Source of the DNA: an uncultured Dehalococcoidia bacterium
GTDB lineage: Bacteria; Chloroflexota; Dehalococcoidia; Lucifugimonadales; JAAXIE01
Direction of reading: 5' to 3'
Assembly: GCA_951813255.1 (NCBI GenBank)
Contig: OX638353.1
Location: forward strand, 2,155,472-2,219,471
DNA: 64,000 nucleotides
The position numbers and the translations under genes were made by a program. The notes below the pieces were generated by a model. The model saw only the letters and a list, made by a program, of their open reading frames with translations, was not told where the DNA came from and ran no database searches. Of the stretch, positions 1 to 10,466 are shown piece by piece (the stretch's first letter is position 1; every line of letters begins with the position of its first letter).

Positions 1-1
1 G

Positions 2-1897
2 ATTGCAGGGCTGGTGGCATGCCTTGCCCTTTCCTTCTGGACTCTCGGTTCCGTCGTCAACCACCATGGTGACCTCGGGTTCCAATCGCACCACTGGCTG
101 TCCGTCGGCGGTATCGACATCCGCATGGGTCTGATCGTAGACCAGTTGACTGCCATCATGCTGGTTGTAGTGGTGCTGGTCAGCCTGATGGTACAGGTCT
201 ACTCCCACGGGTATATGCGGGAAGACCCTAGCTACGCCCGCTACTACGCTTTCATGTCCCTCTTCACTGCCTCGATGATCGGGCTGGTACTCGCCTCCAA
301 CATCATCCAGCTCTACGTTTTCTGGGAACTGGTAGGCCTCTCCTCCTACCTGCTCATCGGCTTCTGGCATCACCGCCCAGCGGCCGCGGCCGCTGCCAAG
401 AAGGCCTTCATCGTGACCCGCTTGGGCGATTTGGGCTTCCTCATTGCAATACTGTTCCTCTTCTTCAACAGCGATGCCTATTCCAACCTTGGCCTCAACT
501 TCCTCGAGATAGGCGACATTCAGAAAGGCGCCGCCTTGGGCGTGCTGGGCGGTCTGTCGGCTACCGGGCTGGCCATCGGCATCTTCTGCGGGGCTGTGGG
601 CAAGTCGGCCCAATTCCCGCTGCACGTGTGGCTGCCCGACGCCATGGAAGGCCCCACCCCCGTCAGCGCCCTCATCCATGCCGCCACAATGGTCGCGGCT
701 GGTGTATTCCTGATCGCCCGCTTCTTCCCAGTATTCGAGGCATCAACGGATGCCATGACCACGGTGGCCATAGTCGGCGCTTTCACCGCCCTGCTGGCAG
801 CCACCATGGCTTTGGCCACCAACGACATCAAGCGCGTCCTCGCCTACTCCACCGTCAGTCAGTTGGGATATATGGTGGCGGCCTTGGGACTCGGAGCCTA
901 CGGCATCGCCCTCTTTCACTTGTTCAACCACGCCTTCTTCAAGGCCCTGCTCTTCCTCGGCGCAGGCAGCGTGAATCATTCCACGGGCACCTTCGACATG
1001 CGCTACATGGGTGGGCTGCGGCATGTGATGCCTGTCACTTACATCGTGACTCTGCTGGGAGGTCTCAGCCTCATCGGCATATTCCCGCTGGCAGGCTTTT
1101 GGAGCAAGGACGAGGTGTTGCGCCACGCTTGGAGCGGGGCGGGAGCAGTCGACAGCATCGCCTTCTACATGCTGGCCGTGGCCGTGTTCCTCACGGCGGT
1201 GTACACCACTCGCATGATATGGATGACCTTCCACGGCGACTTCAAAGGCGGCGTGGAGCAGGAAGCCAGCGACGCAGGCACCCCCGCTCCGACCGATTCC
1301 CACACCGGCGTACACCTTGCCGAGTCGCCTCTCGTAATGATCGGACCCATGGCATTTCTCGCCGTGGCCGCCGTGGTCTCCGGCTATCTCGCAAACCCGG
1401 AAAACGCATTCCTAGGCATCGACGCCCACTGGTTCGTGAGCTTCCTCATTCCTCCGGAAGCGGCGCTGGCCTACGCGTCGCTGGACCATGGCGAGGTAGC
1501 AAGCGGCGTCGACGTGACGCTGGCTATCGTTGTCATGGGCATCGCTGTCGCCGGTATGGCGGTCGCCCTCCTGTTCCAGTGTTGGTCCGGCGGGCCGCTG
1601 GCCTCTTTGATTTCCCGCCCCTGGGAGGCTGGACGCACCCTGCTGGCACGCAAGTATTACATGGACGACCTGTACGAAGGCATCGCTGTGCGCCGCCTCT
1701 TCTACGCCCTCCTAGCCGCCGCAACCCACTGGTTCGACCGCACCGTGGTCGATGGCGCAGCAGAGGGCGTCGGCCTCTTCTCCCGCAACATCGGCCGGGC
1801 AGTAAGTCTGTTGCAGTCAGGGCAGGTCCAAGCCTACGGCATAGCCATAACCGTCGGCATTCTGGCCATATTGCTGGGCTACCTGGTGTTGGGATGA
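2..1897 (+). CDS. nuoL: NADH-quinone oxidoreductase subunit L (complex I antiporter-like subunit). It is 5'-truncated by the window edge: the open frame starts at nt 2, and about 50 N-terminal residues lie upstream.
   Basis: Translation shows multi-TM NuoL/Mrp-antiporter motifs (WLPDAMEGPTPVSALIHAATMV, AYSTVSQLGYM) and a long C-terminal arm. The frame is open from the window start. Confidence 0.9.
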   Translation: MAGLVACLALSFWTLGSVVNHHGDLGFQSHHWLSVGGIDIRMGLIVDQLTAIMLVVVVLVSLMVQVYSHGYMREDPSYARYYAFMSLFTASMIGLVLASNIIQLYVFWELVGLSSYLLIGFWHHRPAAAAAAKKAFIVTRLGDLGFLIAILFLFFNSDAYSNLGLNFLEIGDIQKGAALGVLGGLSATGLAIGIFCGAVGKSAQFPLHVWLPDAMEGPTPVSALIHAATMVAAGVFLIARFFPVFEASTDAMTTVAIVGAFTALLAATMALATNDIKRVLAYSTVSQLGYMVAALGLGAYGIALFHLFNHAFFKALLFLGAGSVNHSTGTFDMRYMGGLRHVMPVTYIVTLLGGLSLIGIFPLAGFWSKDEVLRHAWSGAGAVDSIAFYMLAVAVFLTAVYTTRMIWMTFHGDFKGGVEQEASDAGTPAPTDSHTGVHLAESPLVMIGPMAFLAVAAVVSGYLANPENAFLGIDAHWFVSFLIPPEAALAYASLDHGEVASGVDVTLAIVVMGIAVAGMAVALLFQCWSGGPLASLISRPWEAGRTLLARKYYMDDLYEGIAVRRLFYALLAAATHWFDRTVVDGAAEGVGLFSRNIGRAVSLLQSGQVQAYGIAITVGILAILLGYLVLG

Positions 1898-1909
1898 GGG
1901 CTTTCCAGC

Positions 1910-3451
1910 GTGTTTAACCTCGCCATGTCGGACCCGGTCGAGCTTCCTTTCAGCGGCGTGCTGACAGCCACCGTATTTCTGCCTGCCGTAGCCGCACTCG
2001 TCATCGCACTCCTGCTCAAACACCGCGACCACATCCGCGCCACCGCCTTGCTGATCGTGGTGGCAGACTTGGCGCTGGCCATATATGTCATGGTCCGCTA
2101 TGACATCGCCATGGGCGGATACCAGCTTCGAGACCAATTGGACTGGATTCCCGGCGACACCCTCAACGCCACCTACCATCTGGGAGTCGACGGGCTCAGC
2201 GCGCCTCTCGTGCTGCTGACGGCTCTCATAGGTCTATGCGCCGTGCTAGCTTCTTGGCGCGTGGAGCACCGCATGAGGGAGTACTTCGTCTGGCTGCTGG
2301 TCCTGCAGACCGCAGTTATGGGAGTGTTCACCTCACTGGACTTCCTGCTCTTCTTCCTCTTCTGGGAATTGGAACTGCTTCCGATGTACCTGCTCATCTC
2401 CATTTGGGGCACAGGGCGCAAAGAGTACTCAGCAATGAAGTTCCTCATGTTCACCATCTTGGGAAGCGCCTTCATGCTGGTGAGCATCGTGGCCATATTC
2501 GTGGCCCCAGGCGGTACATTCGACATCGCAGAACTGTCCGAGGCGGGCGTGGGTCACTTGGACATGGCCATCCCCACAGCATTAGCCTTCTGGTTCTTCC
2601 TCGTGGCCTTCGCCATCAAGCTCCCCGTCTGGCCTGTCCACACCTGGCTGCCCGATGCCCACACCGACGCTCCCACTGCCGTCAGCATGATACTCGCCGG
2701 CGTCCTACTGAAGATGGGTGGCTACGGCTTCATCCGCATCTGCGTCGGCCTCTTCCCCGAACAGGCCAGCTACTATGCGCCCGTGCTTGTAGCCCTCGCC
2801 GTCATGAGCGTGCTCTATGGGGCAGTGGTGACCATGCGTCAAACGGACCTCAAGCGTCTCATTGCCTACAGCAGCGTCAGTCACATGGGTCTTGTGCTCC
2901 TCGGCGTCGCATCGGTCCATGTGCTCAAGGACGGCACCCTGAGCAGCGTCGGCCTCACGGGCGCATCGCTACAAATGTTCACCCACGGCACCATCACCGG
3001 ACTGTTGTTCCTGCTTGTGGGCCTGGTATACGAGAAAACACACACCCGCTACATACCCGACATGGGCGGCCTCGCAGCCCGTATGCCCCTTCTTGCGGGT
3101 GCCTTCCTGCTCGCGGGCTTGGCATCCTTGGGTCTGCCAGGCCTCAGCGGGTTCGTCTCCGAACTTCTCGTGTTCCTAGGCGCCTTCAAGGTCTTCGCGT
3201 GGCCCACGGCTCTAGCCGTAATAGGCATCCTGCTGGCGGCGGGCTACATCCTGTGGATGATGGAACGGGTCTTCTTCGGAAGACCCAAGCCCCACTTGGC
3301 CGAAGTGCAGGACGCAGATTGGGTTGAAGCAGTCCCCATCGCCCTGCTAGCTGCTAGCATCCTCGTTATCGGCATATACCCCAAGCTGCTCACCGACCTG
3401 TTCGAAGTCGGGGTCCAGCCCATCATCGCCTTGGTCGGTGCGCAGGCGTAG
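1910..3451 (+). CDS. nuoM: NADH-quinone oxidoreductase subunit M
   Basis: 513-aa polytopic protein with WLPDAHTDAPTAVSMILAGVLLKMGGYG and AYSSVSHMG motifs. It immediately follows nuoL. Confidence 0.9.
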   Translation: MFNLAMSDPVELPFSGVLTATVFLPAVAALVIALLLKHRDHIRATALLIVVADLALAIYVMVRYDIAMGGYQLRDQLDWIPGDTLNATYHLGVDGLSAPLVLLTALIGLCAVLASWRVEHRMREYFVWLLVLQTAVMGVFTSLDFLLFFLFWELELLPMYLLISIWGTGRKEYSAMKFLMFTILGSAFMLVSIVAIFVAPGGTFDIAELSEAGVGHLDMAIPTALAFWFFLVAFAIKLPVWPVHTWLPDAHTDAPTAVSMILAGVLLKMGGYGFIRICVGLFPEQASYYAPVLVALAVMSVLYGAVVTMRQTDLKRLIAYSSVSHMGLVLLGVASVHVLKDGTLSSVGLTGASLQMFTHGTITGLLFLLVGLVYEKTHTRYIPDMGGLAARMPLLAGAFLLAGLASLGLPGLSGFVSELLVFLGAFKVFAWPTALAVIGILLAAGYILWMMERVFFGRPKPHLAEVQDADWVEAVPIALLAASILVIGIYPKLLTDLFEVGVQPIIALVGAQA

Positions 3452-3454
3452 ACG

Positions 3455-4972
3455 ATGCAACTCCATGATGTATACCTGCTGGCGCCTGAGCTTGCCCTCG
3501 TCGGGCTGGCATGTCTGGTTGTCGTCCTCGACTTGGTTGTCCAGCGCAAGGGCTGGATCAACCTTCTGGCTGCCATCGGGCTCCTTGTCCCGCTGGGCCT
3601 GACCTTCACACTGTGGGCCGACCCCAACGGTCTCGTCGCCGATGATCCCACCGGCCCCTTTGGGACCCTGCTCGTGGACAAGTACGCCCTGTTCTTCAAG
3701 GCCCTGGTCCTGGTCGCCTTGGGACTGGTCGTCCTCACCTCCACCGACTACGCCAGAAAGCTGGGCAGGTTCCAAGGCGAGTACTACGCCCTGATGATGT
3801 TCGCAGGCAGCGGGATGATGCTTCTGGCTGCCACCACCGAGTTCATCTCCATCTACCTCGCCCTGGAACTGGCCACCCTGCCATTGGTAGCTCTGGCAGC
3901 ATTCCTAGGCCACTCCCGGTCTGGCGAGGCGGGACTGAAGTTCTTCTTGATGAGCGCCGTAAGCTCGGCGGTGCTGTTGTACGGCATCGCCTTGGTATTC
4001 GGCTTCACCGGCACAACTCATCTGGAGCATATCGCCTCGGCTCTATCCAGCGGCAGCGATGCCGAAATGGCTTTCGGCTCCTACGCAGTGCTGCTGGGCG
4101 TGGTGTTGATGGTGGCAGGGTTCGGCTTCAAGCTCTCTGCCGTCCCGTTCCAGATGTGGGTGCCCGATGTGTATGAAGGCTCACCCACCCCCGTGGCCGC
4201 CTTCCTTTCGGTAGCCAGTAAGGCAGCCGCCTTCGCCGTGGTGCTCCGCGTATTCTACGTTGCATTTCCCGGCAGCAGCCTCGACTGGAGCCTGGTATTC
4301 GCCGGCATCGCAGCCGCCTCCATGACCATCGGCAACATCGTTGCCATAGGACAACAGAACATCAAGCGGCTACTCGCCTACAGCACCATCGCCCACGCCG
4401 GCTACCTGCTGGTCGGAGTGGCCGCCGTCACCCAATCGGGCTGGAGCAGCGCTGAGGCCGCCTTCGGGCCCAGCAGCCTCCTCTTCTACATCGGGGCCTA
4501 CACGGTGACCAATCTCGCGGCCTTTGCTGCCGTCATCGCCATCTCCAACAAGACCGAGAGCGACATGATCGACGACTTCGCTGGCATGGGACGCCGCGCA
4601 CCCTACTTGGCGGCGGCCCTTGCCCTCGCCATGGTCGCTCTCATCGGCATACCGCCTTCGGGCATTTTCATCGCCAAGCTGTACATCTTCAGCGCCGCAG
4701 TCCACAGTGATCTCGCCTGGCTGGCTGTGGTAGGCGTGGTCAATAGCGTGGTGTCAGCCTACTACTACCTGCGGGTGGTCAGGACGATGTACGTCACCCC
4801 GCCAACCTCCGAAGAAAAAGTGCCGTCTTCCTACGCCTTTCGCTTGGGATTGGTCGTGGCAATACTGGCAGTCCTGGGGTTGGGCATCTACCCGACACCC
4901 CTGCTGGAAGTATCAGAGGATGCCGTTGCGCCCCTGCTGCGGGCAGCAGGTGACATAGTGGGGACACCCTGA
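3455..4972 (+). CDS. nuoN: NADH-quinone oxidoreductase subunit N
   Basis: 505-aa polytopic protein with the VPDVYEGSPTPVAAF and LLAYSTIAHAGY motifs. It follows nuoM with a 3-nt gap. Confidence 0.9.
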   Translation: MQLHDVYLLAPELALVGLACLVVVLDLVVQRKGWINLLAAIGLLVPLGLTFTLWADPNGLVADDPTGPFGTLLVDKYALFFKALVLVALGLVVLTSTDYARKLGRFQGEYYALMMFAGSGMMLLAATTEFISIYLALELATLPLVALAAFLGHSRSGEAGLKFFLMSAVSSAVLLYGIALVFGFTGTTHLEHIASALSSGSDAEMAFGSYAVLLGVVLMVAGFGFKLSAVPFQMWVPDVYEGSPTPVAAFLSVASKAAAFAVVLRVFYVAFPGSSLDWSLVFAGIAAASMTIGNIVAIGQQNIKRLLAYSTIAHAGYLLVGVAAVTQSGWSSAEAAFGPSSLLFYIGAYTVTNLAAFAAVIAISNKTESDMIDDFAGMGRRAPYLAAALALAMVALIGIPPSGIFIAKLYIFSAAVHSDLAWLAVVGVVNSVVSAYYYLRVVRTMYVTPPTSEEKVPSSYAFRLGLVVAILAVLGLGIYPTPLLEVSEDAVAPLLRAAGDIVGTP

Positions 4973-5074
4973 CCCCCATGTTATACTGAGACGCCCCCTC
5001 AGATTCTCTAATGAACTATCTGTGCTTGGTGGCCCGGCCCAGCAGCCCAGACCCTGCAAGAAGAGGAGCACATC

Positions 5075-5254
5075 GTGCGCGCAGGCTTGACCGTTTTGAT
5101 CGCTCTATCACTGACTCTGGCCCTTGCGTGCGGTGGAAGCGAGTACGATTGCTCCCAGGAAGAATACGACCGCTACGAGAGTATCCACGCCGTCGAGGGT
5201 ATGACCGAAGAAGTCAGCAAGTGGATCGACGAGTGTGGGAGCAGGTTCGAATGA
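5075..5254 (+). CDS. Small secreted/lipoprotein-like Cys-rich protein (59 aa, GTG start). It is not in the ORF track because it is under 60 aa.
   Basis: Strong SD AAGAGGAG sits 6 nt upstream of GTG at 5075. Product is VRAGLTVLIALSLTLALACGGSEYDCSQEEYDRYESIHAVEGMTEEVSKWIDECGSRFE: a signal peptide with an ALAC lipobox-like site and three further Cys. The overlapping Arg-rich ORFs (5011..5328 and the opposite strand) look like GC artefacts. Confidence 0.5.
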   Translation: MRAGLTVLIALSLTLALACGGSEYDCSQEEYDRYESIHAVEGMTEEVSKWIDECGSRFE

Positions 5255-5320
5255 AGCCCGAGAGTGCATTGGTTCCCCAACCCAGTGCTGCCAGACAACC
5301 CTTCTCCCTGCTGACACGCT

Positions 5321-6223
5321 ATGGCTAACCTCCGGCCTCTTGGCATCGTCTACAACAACCTGTCCACGGCCGCCTGCGACATGGCCAACATCGTGGCCGA
5401 GTACCTGCGAGTCGACGAGTCCGACTGGATCAGCCCCGCCGAAGATCTGGACTCACTGGCCCCCCAAGCCAAGGACACCAAACTGGTGATAACCGTGGGA
5501 GGCGACGGCACCATCCTCCGGGCTACCAAGCTAGCCAGCACCTACGGCATTCCCATTCTGGGCATCAACATGGGACGCCTCGGCTTCATGACCGAACTGG
5601 AAAGGCACGACGCCTTGGAGCGGCTCCCTCATTACCTCGACGGCTCCCCATGGGTGGAGGAGCGGGCCATGCTCCAAGTCCAGGTTGTGGACGAGGCCGG
5701 AGTCCCCCGCCCCGACATACCCGCACAGCACGCCCTGAACGACGCCGTCATCGGCCGCGGTGTTGTCTCCCGCGTGATAACCGTCATGGCCAGCATCGAT
5801 GGGGTCCAGTTGACCACCTACCGCGCCGATGCTGTCATCGTGTCCACCGCAACGGGTTCCACAGGATACAACCTCTCGGTGGGAGGCCCCATAGTCTACC
5901 CCCAAGCCGAGGCCATGATTATCGTGCCCGTCGCGCCCCACTTGGGGCTCGCCACGGGTCTGGTCGTGCCCGGCACATCGGTCCTCCAGTTCACGCTGGA
6001 ATCCGACGTGGAGGCTCTTATAAGCGTCGATGGCTACCTGAACGTCCCCTTAAGGCGCGAGGACCGCATACAGATCCAAGCCAGCCCCTTCAAGGCGCGC
6101 TTCCTGCGAACACAGCCAGCCAACAGCTTCTTCCATACCCTCACCAGGCGTCTCGACTTCGGTGGCGCTATTCCCAAGCCTGCCCTGACCCCCGATGAAG
6201 AGGCAAACTCTCAGGAGCAGTAA
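5321..6223 (+). CDS. nadK: NAD+ kinase
   Basis: GGDGTILRA and NMGRLGFMT signature motifs, 300 aa. Confidence 0.9.
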   Translation: MANLRPLGIVYNNLSTAACDMANIVAEYLRVDESDWISPAEDLDSLAPQAKDTKLVITVGGDGTILRATKLASTYGIPILGINMGRLGFMTELERHDALERLPHYLDGSPWVEERAMLQVQVVDEAGVPRPDIPAQHALNDAVIGRGVVSRVITVMASIDGVQLTTYRADAVIVSTATGSTGYNLSVGGPIVYPQAEAMIIVPVAPHLGLATGLVVPGTSVLQFTLESDVEALISVDGYLNVPLRREDRIQIQASPFKARFLRTQPANSFFHTLTRRLDFGGAIPKPALTPDEEANSQEQ

Positions 6224-6226
6224 CTT

Positions 6227-6769
6227 ATGTCCGAGCCACAAAACGAGCCGACCCTGTCCACCCGGCTTGCCTTCGAAGGCAAGCTGTTGAATGTGCGCGT
6301 CGACACTGTTTCCCTGCCCCGAGGCAGGACTTCCATCCGGGAAATCGTGGAGCACGTCCCCTGCGTGTGCATGGCCCCTGTGGACGCTGGCGAAGTGCTC
6401 CTGGTCCGCCAGTACCGCAAGGCAGTGGAGTCCTCCCTGTTGGAGGTGCCCGCGGGAGGCATGGAACCCGGCGAGTCGCCGGAAGACGCCGTGGTCCGCG
6501 AACTACAGGAAGAGACGGGCCACACCGCAGGAACCCTGACACACCTTCAGAGCTTCTACATGTCCCCCGGCTACTGCACAGAGGAGATGCACGCCTTCCT
6601 CGCCACCGACCTTCGCCCAGCACGCCTCGACCCCGACTTTGACGAGGACATAGAAGTCGTGCGCGTCCCCATCAGCGAGATACCCGCCCTCCTGCAAAGC
6701 GGCCAGGTCCGCGACGCCAAGAGCATCACCACCCTCCTTCTGACCCTGCAAGCCCTCCACCAAAGCTGA
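6227..6769 (+). CDS. NUDIX hydrolase (ADP-ribose pyrophosphatase-like)
   Basis: Nudix box GGMEPGESPEDAVVRELQEETG. 4-nt spacing after nadK. Confidence 0.85.
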   Translation: MSEPQNEPTLSTRLAFEGKLLNVRVDTVSLPRGRTSIREIVEHVPCVCMAPVDAGEVLLVRQYRKAVESSLLEVPAGGMEPGESPEDAVVRELQEETGHTAGTLTHLQSFYMSPGYCTEEMHAFLATDLRPARLDPDFDEDIEVVRVPISEIPALLQSGQVRDAKSITTLLLTLQALHQS

Positions 6770-7218
6770 ACCCACTCCCTCCTCCATTCGTCCTGAGCGA
6801 AGTCGAAGGACCCCATGACAAAAACTCCCTTGACAGAACTCACACATGTGTTCTATATTCAATCTACGCGTCGACGCCAACCCCCCGAAGGGCATTCCAG
6901 ACGAAAGGAACCAGAGCAAGGCACCGCCAGCCCATCCTTCCCGCTCCCACAGGAACGGGAACCCTGGTCCCAGAGCTGATCAAAAACTCAGACGGGGCTA
7001 ACCGGGCTGGCCCAAAATCCCGCTCCGGCTACCCACGCCAGCCAGGCAAGCGGGAATCCTGCAGGAGAACGTAAGCCCTTGAAAGCCTTAACAGCCCTGT
7101 CAACAGAAAACCGGGGGGAACTAAAGGTCTCATGAGGCCGCCACCCAGCGGCAAGCTATCCCAACGCGGCCTTGCCGCTCAAGTCGCCATGGTTCAAATC
7201 CGGACCTCAGCTTCAACC

Positions 7219-7250
7219 GGGGCCGTAGCCTCACGGATAGCTACGGCCCC
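7219..7250. other. Stable stem-loop in the long sdhA leader: 11-13 bp perfect stem, 10-nt loop, no U-tract.
   Basis: GGGGCCGTAGC-ctcacggata-GCTACGGCCCC. The flanking CC/GG extend the stem to 13 bp. Confidence 0.5.
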
Positions 7251-7768
7251 GGCCTGCTCCGTTCAGCGCTACGAACACCCCAGGAGAACACTAGGATGCC
7301 CCATACCCGCATTGCAGAGACCACGAATAAAATTCCCCCAACCCCCGGCCTGGGCTCCCTCAAAGCTGGCTCCTATCTGCCCAGCTACCAATCCCGTGCC
7401 ACGAGAATGCACCGGGATTGCCACGAGAATGCACTGGGATCGCCACGGGTATGCCAAGAGGATGCACCGGGAATTGCACCGTTTGTCTACCGTATTACCA
7501 CGGGAATGTTACAAATGTGCAACAATGGTCCCACCCCCCCCGCTACGAACGTGAGACCACGGTCCCGCCAATGTTCCCACCCCCCAAACTACGAACGTGT
7601 CACCACGTTCCCGCCCTTGGCGTACTTCTGCGCCCCTCATCCCTTTGTACGCCTCTCCCCTGCCCAAGCACGTCCTGCCGATTCTGCCTCTACCATGGTA
7701 TACTGGCCCACGGTCTTGGCCCGTCCAGCGGGTCCCGGCCGCAATGTTTGTTGACTTGGGAGGCCAAG

Positions 7769-9448
7769 TTGCTTGAGCATGACGTTTTAGTGGTCGGCGG
7801 CGGGCTGGCCGGTATGCGGGCTGCGCTGGCAGCCCATGCCAACGGGGCCAACACCGCCCTCATCAGCAAGCTCTACCCTGTGCGCAGCCACTCCTGCGCT
7901 GCCCAGGGTGGCATCAATGCAGCCTTGGTTGACCGGGGCGACGACTGGGAAGAGCACGCCTACGAGACGGTCAAGGGCAGCGATTATTTGGGAGACCAGG
8001 ACGCCATCGAAGTCATGTGCCAGATGGCCGGAGGCGAGGTCATCGCCATGGAGCACATGGGCGTGGCATTCAATCGCGACGAGGAGGGCCGCTTGGGCAC
8101 CCGTCGCTTCGGCGGCCAGCAGCGCGCCCGTACCTTCTTCGTCGCCGACTTCACGGGCCAAGCCATGCTGCACGTGATGTTCGAGCAGCTCATGAAATCG
8201 GGCGTCCGCGCCTACAACGAGTGGTTCGTCACCTCTCTTATCATCGAAGACGGCGAGTGCTGTGGTGTCACCGCCATGGAGATACGCACCGGCAGCGTCT
8301 TTGCCATCCGCGCCAAGGCAGTCATCCTCTGCACTGGCGGGTTGGGCCGGCTTTATGAGCCCAGCACCAACGCCATCACCGTCACCGGCGACGGCATGGC
8401 CTTGGCCTACCGCGCCGGCGCCCCCCTTATGGACATGGAAATGGTCCAGTTCCATCCCACCACCCTCAAGGGCAGTGGAGTCCTCATCACCGAAGGGGCC
8501 CGCGGCGACGGCGCCTACCTCATTAACAAAGACGGCGACCGCTTCATGACCAACTACGCCCCCAACATGATGGAATTGGCCTCCCGCGACGTTGTGTCAC
8601 GCGCCGAGACCCGCGAGATCGCCGAGGGCCGCGATACCGACGGCTGCGTCTTCCTTGACTGCCGTCACCTCGGTGAGCAGTTCATCAACGAGCGCCTGTC
8701 CCAGATTCGCGAACTCGGCAAAGACTTGGTCGGCGTCGACATCGTCCACGAACCCATCCCCATCTGCCCCGGCATGCACTACCAGATGGGCGGCATCAAG
8801 ACCGATGTCGACGGGCGCACTCCCCTGCCCGGCGTCTACGCTGCTGGTGAAGCAGCCAACGTCAGCGTCCACGGCAGCAACCGTCTGGGGGCAAACTCCC
8901 TATTGGACACCATCGTCTTCGGCCGCCGCTCCGGTGAGCATGCCGCCGAAGCCACCCGCGGCGTCGATTTCAAGACCTTCAACATAGAGGGCTGGGTAGA
9001 GCGTGAAGAAGAACGTCTCAGAGCCCTCCTAGCCCGCCAACCCAATGGCGACCGCGTCGCCTCCATACGCTTCGACCTCGGCACCGCCATGAACGAACAC
9101 ATAGGCGTGGTCCGCAACGAGGAAGGAATGAAGGAAGGGCTGGAGAAGTTCTATCAGCTCAAGCAGCGATACGAGACGGTGCCAGTTGAAGACAAGGGCC
9201 GCACCTTCAACACCGACCTCGTATTCGCTCTTGAACTCGGCTACATGCTCGACTGCGCCGAGACCATCATCAACGGGGCCATCGAGCGTAAGGAGAGCCG
9301 AGGCGCCCAGTTCCGCAGTGACTACACAGACCGTGACGATGAGAATTGGCTGAGGCACATACTGGTCACCCGCCAGGAAGACGGCCCTGTCGTATCCCAT
9401 CTCCCCGTAGTCATTACCCAATGGCAGCCCCAAGTGAGGAGCTACTGA
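7769..9448 (+). CDS. sdhA: Succinate dehydrogenase / fumarate reductase flavoprotein subunit
   Basis: TTG start at 7769 sits 6 nt after GGGAGG. The N-terminus [22 protein letters not shown] carries the FAD Rossmann motif. Covalent-FAD region [13 protein letters not shown] is present. The upstream extension in the ORF track (7418..) is Pro/Arg-rich and not coding. Confidence 0.9.
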   Translation: MLEHDVLVVGGGLAGMRAALAAHANGANTALISKLYPVRSHSCAAQGGINAALVDRGDDWEEHAYETVKGSDYLGDQDAIEVMCQMAGGEVIAMEHMGVAFNRDEEGRLGTRRFGGQQRARTFFVADFTGQAMLHVMFEQLMKSGVRAYNEWFVTSLIIEDGECCGVTAMEIRTGSVFAIRAKAVILCTGGLGRLYEPSTNAITVTGDGMALAYRAGAPLMDMEMVQFHPTTLKGSGVLITEGARGDGAYLINKDGDRFMTNYAPNMMELASRDVVSRAETREIAEGRDTDGCVFLDCRHLGEQFINERLSQIRELGKDLVGVDIVHEPIPICPGMHYQMGGIKTDVDGRTPLPGVYAAGEAANVSVHGSNRLGANSLLDTIVFGRRSGEHAAEATRGVDFKTFNIEGWVEREEERLRALLARQPNGDRVASIRFDLGTAMNEHIGVVRNEEGMKEGLEKFYQLKQRYETVPVEDKGRTFNTDLVFALELGYMLDCAETIINGAIERKESRGAQFRSDYTDRDDENWLRHILVTRQEDGPVVSHLPVVITQWQPQVRSY

Positions 9449-10413
9449 TGCCCGTTACAGTCAAGGTCAAGCGTTACAACCCCGAGGCTCCCGAGGCCTC
9501 CCGCTCCGGGTGGCAGGAATACCAGGTCGAGGTCAACCAGTTCTCCACTGTCCTCGACACCCTGATGCAAATACGCGAGCAGCAGGACGGCACCCTCGGA
9601 TTGCGCTGCTCCTGTCGCAGCGCCATCTGTGGCTCCTGCGCCATGCGCATCAACGGCCACGCCGGCCTCGCTTGCAAGACCAAGGTCAGCGATGCCGTGG
9701 GCTCTGGTGACTCCATGACTGTGGAACCCATGGGCAACCTGCCGGTCGTGAAGGACCTCATCGCCGACCTCACCCCCTTCTGGGACAAGGTCATGGCGGT
9801 GGAACCCTGGATGCAGCCTGCCGGCCCAGAGCCTGAAGGCGAGTACCTCGCTCCCAACGAAGCCATGCTGCACTTGGCTGGCGTCATGGACTGCATCCTC
9901 TGTGGGGCCTGTGTATCCGACTGCACCGTGATGGAAGTCGATCCCAACTTCCTCGGCCCAGCGGCCCTCGCCAAGGCCTACCGCTTTGTGGCCGACCCCC
10001 GCGACTCTGCCGATGACCACCGTCTGCAGGAACTCGGCAAGTACGCCGGCATCTGGGACTGCACCCGCTGCTTCGAGTGCGTCGATGCCTGCCCTAAAGG
10101 CGTGGCCCCCATGGACCGCATCATGGCCCTGCGCGACCGGGCCATAGAAGCCGGCTACGACAAGAATCCCGGCGCACGCCATGCCGAGGCTTTCGCCGAC
10201 TCAGTGGGACATTCCGGCACCCTGGACGAACTCAAGCTCCCAATAAGAACGGCGGGCCTCATGAACCTGCCCGTGCTGCTGGGCTACGCCCCGGTGGCCC
10301 TGCGGGCCGCTTCCAAGGGCAAAATGCCGCCCCTGATCCATAAAGGCTTGCCTGGAGACAACGCCCGTAACGTCCGTCGTATATTCCGAAAGGTCGAAGA
10401 AGAACAGAAGTAA
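9448..10413 (+). CDS. sdhB: Succinate dehydrogenase iron-sulfur subunit
   Basis: ATG at 9448 overlaps the sdhA stop (TGATG). 2Fe-2S motif CRSAICGSCAMRING is followed by two Cys clusters, CILCGACVSDC and CTRCFECVDACP. Confidence 0.9.
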   Translation: MPVTVKVKRYNPEAPEASRSGWQEYQVEVNQFSTVLDTLMQIREQQDGTLGLRCSCRSAICGSCAMRINGHAGLACKTKVSDAVGSGDSMTVEPMGNLPVVKDLIADLTPFWDKVMAVEPWMQPAGPEPEGEYLAPNEAMLHLAGVMDCILCGACVSDCTVMEVDPNFLGPAALAKAYRFVADPRDSADDHRLQELGKYAGIWDCTRCFECVDACPKGVAPMDRIMALRDRAIEAGYDKNPGARHAEAFADSVGHSGTLDELKLPIRTAGLMNLPVLLGYAPVALRAASKGKMPPLIHKGLPGDNARNVRRIFRKVEEEQK

Positions 10414-10466
10414 TAGTCTCTCCCGACCTCTAAGTCACTTCAGCCCTCATTCTAGGAGGTCCCCAG

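Noticed and set aside
7185-7200. GGTTCAAATCC T-loop-like motif in the sdhA leader (possible tRNA/tmRNA fragment)
   Set aside because: The flanking bases do not pair into a T-stem, and there is no acceptor or CCA context.
7418-7768. Upstream extension of the sdhA ORF (track start 7418)
   Set aside because: The extension is Pro/Arg/Cys-rich with no FAD-binding features. The Rossmann motif starts right after the TTG at 7769, which has a GGGAGG RBS.
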